DNA of 64,000 nt from Minisyncoccota bacterium (GTDB taxonomy: Bacteria > Patescibacteriota > Minisyncoccia > Phycocordibacterales > DATDWN01): assembly GCA_041658985.1 (NCBI GenBank), contig JBAZZC010000003.1:10540-74539 (forward strand), written 5' to 3'. Each line of letters starts with the position of its first letter. Position 1 is the stretch's first letter. The position numbers were made by a program, and so were the translations under genes. The notes under the pieces are model-generated. The model was not told the DNA's origin, did no database searches, and saw nothing but the letters and a program-made list of their open reading frames with translations. Positions 57,822 to 64,000 of the stretch are shown piece by piece.

Positions 57822-58403
57822 CTAAAAGTTGTTACCACCGACTCGTTCAGAATACTCGCCAGTATCACTGTTGATTCGTATAACATCTCCTTCTTTTATA
57901 AACATAGGCACTTGAAGTTCGGCTCCTGTTTCTACCTTTACTGATTTTGTTCCTCCTTGAGCAGTATTGCCTTTGACAGCGGGGTGAGCCTCGATAACTT
58001 TTAGTTCAACCTTGATTGGCATTTTTACACCGATGGTTTTGTCTTGGAAAGATAGGACCTGAACAATTGAATCTTTTTTTAGAAATTGGCTTTGTGTGCC
58101 AATGTGAGATTCATCAATTTCAAATCTGTCGGATGGGTCTTTCGGGTCACAGAACCAAAATTCACCACGATTACTATATAAATATTTTACGTCTTTTGTT
58201 TCAATTTCTGCCTCCTCCACTTTTTCAGACACATGAAAAGATTGCTCTGTTACTTTGCCAGTAATGAGGTTTCGGAGCTTTGTGGCATTAACAGGTTTTC
58301 TCTGTTGTTTGCGGAAAACATGAGAGGTGAGTACTTCCCAAGGCTCGCCGTTAAAAACAATGTATTTTCTTTCTTTTATTTCGTCGTATGTAAGCTGTGA
58401 CAT
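57822..58403 (-). CDS. efp: Elongation factor P
   Basis: KLRNL.TG, YLY, KGNTA.GG.K....ETG....VP.FI..GD.I...TGEY.ER. Confidence 0.93.
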   Translation of the reverse strand: MSQLTYDEIKERKYIVFNGEPWEVLTSHVFRKQQRKPVNATKLRNLITGKVTEQSFHVSEKVEEAEIETKDVKYLYSNRGEFWFCDPKDPSDRFEIDESHIGTQSQFLKKDSIVQVLSFQDKTIGVKMPIKVELKVIEAHPAVKGNTAQGGTKSVKVETGAELQVPMFIKEGDVIRINSDTGEYSERVGGNNF

Positions 58404-58550
58404 TCATAGAATATAGCCTATTTAGGCCGAAAAATCAACTCATAATGAGTTTTACTTTACTATCGGGGTCTACTTGACATCATAAATATTTGGGTATCTA
58501 ATAGTGGTGGGAGGTTGGGCGCCGCCTGGCCAAATTGAAAGAGGTGGAAG

Positions 58551-58754
58551 ATGGAACAAGTGTTAGCGGTTCAGGATTACTCACCGGCAGGGGACGAGAA
58601 ATTGTTCCAGGCAAAGATCAACGAGGATCTGAAGCCCTTTCTCACTTCAGCAAGATGGCGCACTAAGTCAGTTTGTGTGACAACGACGATGATTTCGGTC
58701 TGTGGAACCACGTGGGCACTGCGATGTGCTATCTTCGTTCTTTCTGACGACTAG
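58551..58754 (+). CDS. Small hypothetical protein, GC-richer than host
   Basis: GAGGTGG SD-like site, upstream TTGACA, downstream ACCGG..CCGGT-T-run. Confidence 0.55.
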   Translation: MEQVLAVQDYSPAGDEKLFQAKINEDLKPFLTSARWRTKSVCVTTTMISVCGTTWALRCAIFVLSDD

Positions 58755-58881
58755 CTCTAGGTACAACCGGTCCAGCGAGTTCCCTGCAAGGCAGGAAAAT
58801 CCGCTATCGTGGCCGGTTTTTCTGTATCAATTTAGTTGACAAAAATACAATTATATTTATAGTTAAGTTAGGAGGATAGTT

Positions 58882-59049
58882 GTGGAGAATTCAACAAAGG
58901 CTCATCTTGCCGTCATGTATCTCAGTGGTGTTGCGACCATCGTCGCAGTCACTGTTCTGCCGATCAATATCGGCTCGTGGGTGGGAATTCTCACCTTGAT
59001 CGTGTTTGCTGTTATGGCTCTCAAAACAGCCTGGCGGGTCAAAGTATAG
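58882..59049 (+). CDS. Small 55-aa two-TM protein (absent from ORF track)
   Basis: AGGAGG SD plus GTG start; MENSTKAHLAVMYLSGVATIVAVTVLPINIGSWVGILTLIVFAVMALKTAWRVKV; palindromic terminator 59075-59101. Confidence 0.65.
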   Translation: MENSTKAHLAVMYLSGVATIVAVTVLPINIGSWVGILTLIVFAVMALKTAWRVKV

Positions 59050-59158
59050 TGATGTGATGTAGTCGACCGCCGGAAGGAAAACCACCGGTGGTTTTCCTTT
59101 TATAAAAATAATAATATACGAAAATTATGCGAATGATACGAATGAATACGAATGGTCA

Positions 59159-59184
59159 ATTTACTACGATATATCGTAGTAAAT
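59159..59184. promoter_or_regulatory. 26-bp perfect palindrome sharing the TACGATATATCGTA core
   Basis: ATTTACTACGATATATCGTAGTAAAT. Confidence 0.75.
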
Positions 59185-59202
59185 CATAAAAACCAGAACG
59201 AA

Positions 59203-59364
59203 GCACAATCTCGTTGAGTCATGTCTTGAGAAAGGCCTTTCGCAGGAGTTTAGAAAATAAAGGAAGTATTCTGACTATTATTTTCTTGAACGACGAGAAG
59301 TTCGCTAGCTCACCAGAGCTAGATAGATTGCCTTTTGAGAGATATGACGAGAAAGAGATTGTGC
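59203..59364. repeat. Family-4 structured repeat, divergent copy at recA 3' end
   Basis: GCACAATCTC/GAGATTGTGC closing stem; GTTGAGTCATGTCTTGA...GAGAGATATGACGAGAAA parallels GTTGAGTTGTGTTTCGA...GAGAAATACAACGAGAAA. Confidence 0.65.
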
Positions 59365-59369
59365 GAATG

Positions 59370-60446
59370 TTATTCTTCGCTTGAGCTTGATTCGGTTTCG
59401 TTTACTGCGACAACAGAGCCTCCATTTTTGGCAAGGCCCTCGCGGATTTCTTTGAGTATAGCGTCGGCGATTTTTTTATTTACTTTATCTTTCAAAAATT
59501 GTCGTGTGGAATCATACCCACGACCAAGTTTTGTTTCTCCGTAATTGTACGACGTCCCAGATTTTTGAATTATCTTCATTTTCTCGCCGAGAGCAATAAG
59601 CTCACCCTCTCGAGAAATTCCCTCGTTATACATGAGATCAAACTCTGTTTGCTTGAATGGAGCAGCAACTTTATTTTTTACAACCTTTACTCTTATGCGT
59701 CCACCCATAATTTCTTCGCCTTTTTTAATTTGAGCAATCCTACGAATATCAATACGAACTGATGTATAGAATTTGAGTGCCTTTCCTCCAGGAGTTGTTT
59801 CAGGATTACCAAACATAACACCAATTTGCATTCTGATTTGGTTAATGAATATAACCAGCGTTTTTGATTTAGCCACGATAGCCGTTAGCTTGCGGAGGGC
59901 TTGTGACATAAGCCTAGCCTGTTTACCCACATGAAAGGCTCCCATATCACCCTCAATCTCATCTTTTGGTGTCAGGGCTGCCACAGAGTCAATCACAATC
60001 ACATCTATCTTGCCGGAGCGCACAAGAGACTCTACGATTTCCAGGGCCTGCTCACCATTGTCTGGTTGAGAAATAAGAAGTTGGTCTATCTTTACACCAA
60101 GCCTCTGTGAATACTCTGGGTCCATAGCGTGCTCTGCGTCAATGAATGCGCAGATGCCACCTTTCTTTTGAGCCTCAGCAATAACATGTAGAGACAAGGT
60201 GGTTTTACCAGATGACTCTGGTCCAAAGATTTCCACAATTCTTCCACGAGGAAGACCACCAACACCAAGAGCGGCATCCAGTCCAATTGAGCCAGTTGAA
60301 ATTGCGTTTACATCTACATGAGGTTTATCACCGAGCATCATTATAGAATCATCACCAAATTTCGTTCGGATTTCCCGAAGTGTGTTTTCTACATTTACTT
60401 TTCCAATTTCTCCCTTCTCTTCCTTCTTTTCTTTTTTCTTCATCAT
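59370..60446 (-). CDS. recA: Recombinase RecA
   Basis: [44 protein letters not shown]. Confidence 0.98.
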   Translation of the reverse strand: MMKKKEKKEEKGEIGKVNVENTLREIRTKFGDDSIMMLGDKPHVDVNAISTGSIGLDAALGVGGLPRGRIVEIFGPESSGKTTLSLHVIAEAQKKGGICAFIDAEHAMDPEYSQRLGVKIDQLLISQPDNGEQALEIVESLVRSGKIDVIVIDSVAALTPKDEIEGDMGAFHVGKQARLMSQALRKLTAIVAKSKTLVIFINQIRMQIGVMFGNPETTPGGKALKFYTSVRIDIRRIAQIKKGEEIMGGRIRVKVVKNKVAAPFKQTEFDLMYNEGISREGELIALGEKMKIIQKSGTSYNYGETKLGRGYDSTRQFLKDKVNKKIADAILKEIREGLAKNGGSVVAVNETESSSSEE

Positions 60447-60461
60447 AAAAAATATTAGTTA

Positions 60462-60583
60462 AGAAACTTTGTTGAGTTGTGTTTCGAAGAGAGACTAGTG
60501 AGCGCGACGGCGCGAACTCAAGCAAAATTTTAGTAAAAATTTATGCGTGTCTCTCAGAGAAATACAACGAGAAAAAAGTTTCT
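60462..60583. repeat. Family-4 structured repeat in recA upstream region
   Basis: Inverted homolog of 4860-4993; AGAAACTTT/AAAGTTTCT closing stem. Confidence 0.85.
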
Positions 60584-60591
60584 GGTCGCTA

Positions 60592-60945
60592 TTAATACTC
60601 CTTCAGCACTAATTCTAATGTCTTCTCCGTATATTTTTTAAACTTATCTACGGCATCTAGCTTAATTATATTATACCCAGGGGACAGGAGCAATTTCTCC
60701 TTGAAGTATCCATCTTTGTCTGTAAATATAGGTCGACCATTCAGATTGAGATAGGCGACATTATAAGCTCTTCCGTCGATCTCAATAAGGGTTTGATTGT
60801 ATGTGGCTCCGTTCTGGGGGGTATAGACATCGATGACGGGACCTGTTAGGAGTTTTTGAGCTTGAAAGAGGGAATATCCGACTATTACCAAAACTAATAT
60901 GGAAATGAGGGAAATTCTGAGAACAGATATTGCACTTCTATTCAT
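60592..60945 (-). CDS. Hypothetical TM plus Ig-like domain protein
   Basis: One TM; P.NG, LNG..I..D..G.F.E.L.L.PG.N.I. Confidence 0.75.
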   Translation of the reverse strand: MNRSAISVLRISLISILVLVIVGYSLFQAQKLLTGPVIDVYTPQNGATYNQTLIEIDGRAYNVAYLNLNGRPIFTDKDGYFKEKLLLSPGYNIIKLDAVDKFKKYTEKTLELVLKEY

Positions 60946-60947
60946 GT

Positions 60948-63167
60948 TTATTCGCTTGGATTATTGGGCGGTATCTCATTGTCTGTATTCAGTGGTTCCA
61001 GAATTTCCCTTGGTTTTGCCCCAGAGCCCGGTCCTATAACCCCACGTTCCTCAAGCATATCAATGAGACGGGCAGCACGGGCATAACCAACGCCAAGTTT
61101 ACGTTGAAGGTAAGAGGTTGAGGCCTTACCGGCCTCTAAGACAGTTTGTCTTGCGTCTTCATACAAGTCATCATCTGCTTCCATTTTTTCGTCATCAATT
61201 GTTGCTTCAAATATGTTGTTTTTTTGGTCTGTTCCAGTGATATTTATTTCACTTGGAATTTCATTTTCATAGCTATCTACCAAATATTTAACCACTGACT
61301 TTGTTTCGGTTTCTGATATGTAAGCCGACTGAATCCTTTGTGGTTGTGACATTTCTCCCGAAAGGTAAAGCATATCTCCAGCACCAAGAAGTTTTTCTGC
61401 TCCGCCCATGTCTAATATAGTTCGTGAATCAATCTGTGATGCCACTTGCAGTGCGATACGTGAAGGAATGTTGGCTTTAATGAGCCCGGTGATGACATTT
61501 ACAGATGGCCTCTGGGTTGAAAGAATCAAATGAATTCCGACAGCACGACTCATTTGGGCTAGGCGAACGATAGCAGCTTCCAGTTCACGTGGATATGCCG
61601 ACATAATATCGGCCAATTCATCAATAACTATGATGATATATGGCATAGTCTCAACAACCTTATCCTCTGGGTTAATTTTCTTATTTTTGATTCTCTTTAG
61701 CTCTGGCTCAACAATATTTTTATGGTATGAAGCGATGTTTTGAAGACTCTCGGCTTGCAGAATATCATATCTTCTATCCATCTCTTTTGCCGCCCATTTC
61801 AAGGCTAAAATCGTCTTTTTTGCGTCCGTGATAACCGGGGTTAGGAGATGTGGAATCTTGTTATAAAGAGTTAGTTCTACTCGTTTTGGGTCAATCATAA
61901 TAAATTTAACGTTGTTTGGTGAGTTTCTGTAAAGAAGCGAAGTTATGATTGTGTGAATAGTGACTGACTTTCCAGAACCCGTAGCTCCAGCAATAAGAAG
62001 GTGTGGGGCCTTAGATAGATTAGCAAAATATGACATCCCCGATATTCCTCTTCCGAGAGAAATCAAAAGGGGTTTGTCAGAGTTTTGGAATTCATTTGAA
62101 GCGAGTAGTGTTCCAAGACCAACAGTTGTTTTTGTGTTGTTTGGTATCTCTATACCAACAAGAGATTTACCAGGGATGGGTGCTTCTATACGAATTGGAT
62201 GTGCCGCTAGAGCCAGAGACAAATCATTTTGTAAACCGACTATACGAGAAAGTTTTATACCCTCGGCTGGTTTCAAAGCGTATCTAGTAATAGATGGTCC
62301 GATGGAAATTTCATCCATCTCAACATTTATACCAAAATTAGCTAAAGTTCTTTTTATAATATTAGAATTTGCTTTTATATCACCAACACCAGGTTTACCA
62401 CGGTCTCCTTCAAGCAGTGACAGTGGTGGTGGTATGAATTCTTTACCATTAAGTAATAAAGGACTAATACCAAATTCATCTTTTATCTCGGTTGATTTTT
62501 TAAAAAGAGATTGGGTTTCTTCCAATTTAGTCATTTCTTTTTGGTCTGCTACGTTTAGAAGTTCTCCATTAGAAATGATTACTTCAGGTCCAGCATCTTC
62601 GGTTCCTGGAAGAATTTCTTTCTTTTGAAACAGGGATTTAATAAAGGTAAATTTTATTGGAGCATCAAAAATAGTCAAAAGAGAAATAATCACAAGAGCC
62701 ACCAAAATTATTACACTGACAAACACATCAAACATATTGAGAAGCGGTTTAGAAATAAATCCACCGATGACTCCACCACTTTCTGTTCCACCAACATTTT
62801 GAGAGAGGATATTTATTAGTGCTAATGAAGATATAAAAAACAATGTTCCACCGACAGTATGTGTTAAAGCAAGTTTTTTTTGAAGTGAACGAAAGAAGGA
62901 GACGCAAAGAATAAAAAATAATATAGGTAACAAGTAGTAACCAACCCCAAAAAGGTAATGAAATATTTTATAAGCACCGACCCCAACTTTCCCCCCCTTA
63001 TCTATTGGACCAGAAGAGAGAATCAAAAAAATCCCAAAAACAAAAAACACTACAGCAATGATTGTATTTAAGGTCTCTTTTTGCAAGTGGTTGGAATTTG
63101 TTTTATCTTCAAACTCTTTTTTCTTTTCTTTTCTTTTTTCTTTTTTATTTCTACCAAACATATACAC
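60948..63167 (-). CDS. ftsK: DNA translocase FtsK
   Basis: 4-TM N-terminus, PHLLIAGATGSGKS, IDPKRVEL, IDELAD, gamma domain STSYLQRKL.VGYARAAR; start approximate. Confidence 0.96.
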   Translation of the reverse strand: MYMFGRNKKEKRKEKKKEFEDKTNSNHLQKETLNTIIAVVFFVFGIFLILSSGPIDKGGKVGVGAYKIFHYLFGVGYYLLPILFFILCVSFFRSLQKKLALTHTVGGTLFFISSLALINILSQNVGGTESGGVIGGFISKPLLNMFDVFVSVIILVALVIISLLTIFDAPIKFTFIKSLFQKKEILPGTEDAGPEVIISNGELLNVADQKEMTKLEETQSLFKKSTEIKDEFGISPLLLNGKEFIPPPLSLLEGDRGKPGVGDIKANSNIIKRTLANFGINVEMDEISIGPSITRYALKPAEGIKLSRIVGLQNDLSLALAAHPIRIEAPIPGKSLVGIEIPNNTKTTVGLGTLLASNEFQNSDKPLLISLGRGISGMSYFANLSKAPHLLIAGATGSGKSVTIHTIITSLLYRNSPNNVKFIMIDPKRVELTLYNKIPHLLTPVITDAKKTILALKWAAKEMDRRYDILQAESLQNIASYHKNIVEPELKRIKNKKINPEDKVVETMPYIIIVIDELADIMSAYPRELEAAIVRLAQMSRAVGIHLILSTQRPSVNVITGLIKANIPSRIALQVASQIDSRTILDMGGAEKLLGAGDMLYLSGEMSQPQRIQSAYISETETKSVVKYLVDSYENEIPSEINITGTDQKNNIFEATIDDEKMEADDDLYEDARQTVLEAGKASTSYLQRKLGVGYARAARLIDMLEERGVIGPGSGAKPREILEPLNTDNEIPPNNPSE

Positions 63168-63226
63168 CTATTTTAACAGAGTACCATTCAAATCCAAAGT
63201 TTTTTGTTACAAATTTTTACAACAAC

Positions 63227-63362
63227 AAAAAGACAATCTGTCTATTGTCAGTTTGTCTTTTAGTGTTATATAATGGACACACTTGACGGTATTAAAGACT
63301 GGTGGTATTATAAAGGACATGATAAGGACAAAACAGTAAAAGACATTGAATATAAAAGACAT
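63227..63362. promoter_or_regulatory. Cluster of about 9-10 RRGACA/TGTCYY motifs in a divergent promoter
   Basis: AAAGACA, TGTCTA, TGTCTTT, TGGACA, AAGGACA x2, AAAGACA x2 within about 140 bp. Confidence 0.55.
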
Positions 63363-63378
63363 ATCAATTACAAATAAA

Positions 63379-64000
63379 ATGGAATCCAACAAAGAACTTT
63401 CAACAGAAACATCACAGGAAAATGTCGACCCAATATCATTTTTTAATAAAAACAATGATTTTGTTTTAGCGTATAAAAAGACAGAAAAACTAGCTTCAGC
63501 CGTCTATATGATTACAAATTTGTTTTCGGACAATGAACCAATGAAATGGACTTTAAGAAAAAAAGCTGGAGAACTATTGTCTTTTATTCTTACTTATAAA
63601 GATACTCCGGAAGGTAGTTATGGTGATTTTATTTATAATACAAAAACTTTTACCACTGAGCTCATTTCATTTCTTGAGATTTCTTTACGTGGTGGACTTG
63701 TTTCTCAGATGAATTTTTCTATTTTAAAACAAGAGTTTTTAAATCTTTTAAGTATATTTAACAATGCCAATCCTACTTCAAAATATTCATCAAAAGAGAT
63801 GATATCAAAGGATTTTTTTAATGTTTTAGAAAACTATTCTAATATAGTAAAATCAGAAGGTGAAGATGATAAAATCTATAAAACACCCGAATCTATACCA
63901 TTAGCACACAAAATGTCCTTTAGCAGGATAAAGGACATAAATTTAGATACTAATAGAGATAACTTTAAAAAAACGAATCGCCAAAATATAATTCTTGATT
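63379..64000 (+). CDS. Hypothetical protein (partial), N-terminus four-helix-bundle-like
   Basis: Open frame from ATG 63379 to window end: AYKKTEKLASAVYMITNLF..E...LRKKA...ELISFLEISLRGGLVS. Confidence 0.7.
   Translation, partial: MESNKELSTETSQENVDPISFFNKNNDFVLAYKKTEKLASAVYMITNLFSDNEPMKWTLRKKAGELLSFILTYKDTPEGSYGDFIYNTKTFTTELISFLEISLRGGLVSQMNFSILKQEFLNLLSIFNNANPTSKYSSKEMISKDFFNVLENYSNIVKSEGEDDKIYKTPESIPLAHKMSFSRIKDINLDTNRDNFKKTNRQNIILD

Noticed and set aside
58891-59085. 64-aa minus-strand ORF
   Set aside because: The opposite strand has an AGGAGG-led 55-aa two-TM ORF with a terminator, which is better supported.

Overview
AT-rich chromosomal segment of a small-genome bacterium, most likely CPR/Patescibacteria (Parcubacteria). 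This is inferred from the gene set: compact ruv/rec/polA repair genes, a type IV pilus PilB/PilMNO set, a minimal secE, and rplK without rplA. It carries about 70 mostly housekeeping CDS, 7 tRNAs, a T-box upstream of ileS, a CsoR-regulated copper operon and a complete thymidylate-cycle cluster. The unusual content is intergenic, and no transposase, integrase or cas gene is visible. (1) Seven 131-136 bp elements have 22-bp terminal inverted repeats (ATCCGCACAC...GTGTGCGGAT), two short copy-specific motif pairs arranged A-B...A'-B' that co-vary between copies, and a unique ~60-nt core. (2) Three ATCCCGT...ACGGGAT elements supply the next gene's ATG and carry a competing local hairpin. (3) A 52-bp element is inserted in-frame in two unrelated proteins. 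(4) There are also tRNA-associated structured repeats, palindromes flanking a TrpR-like gene, a four-helix-bundle gene inside an inverted low-complexity repeat, and several GC-rich orphan genes with self-contained expression signals. All coordinates were counted by hand and may be off by a few bases.
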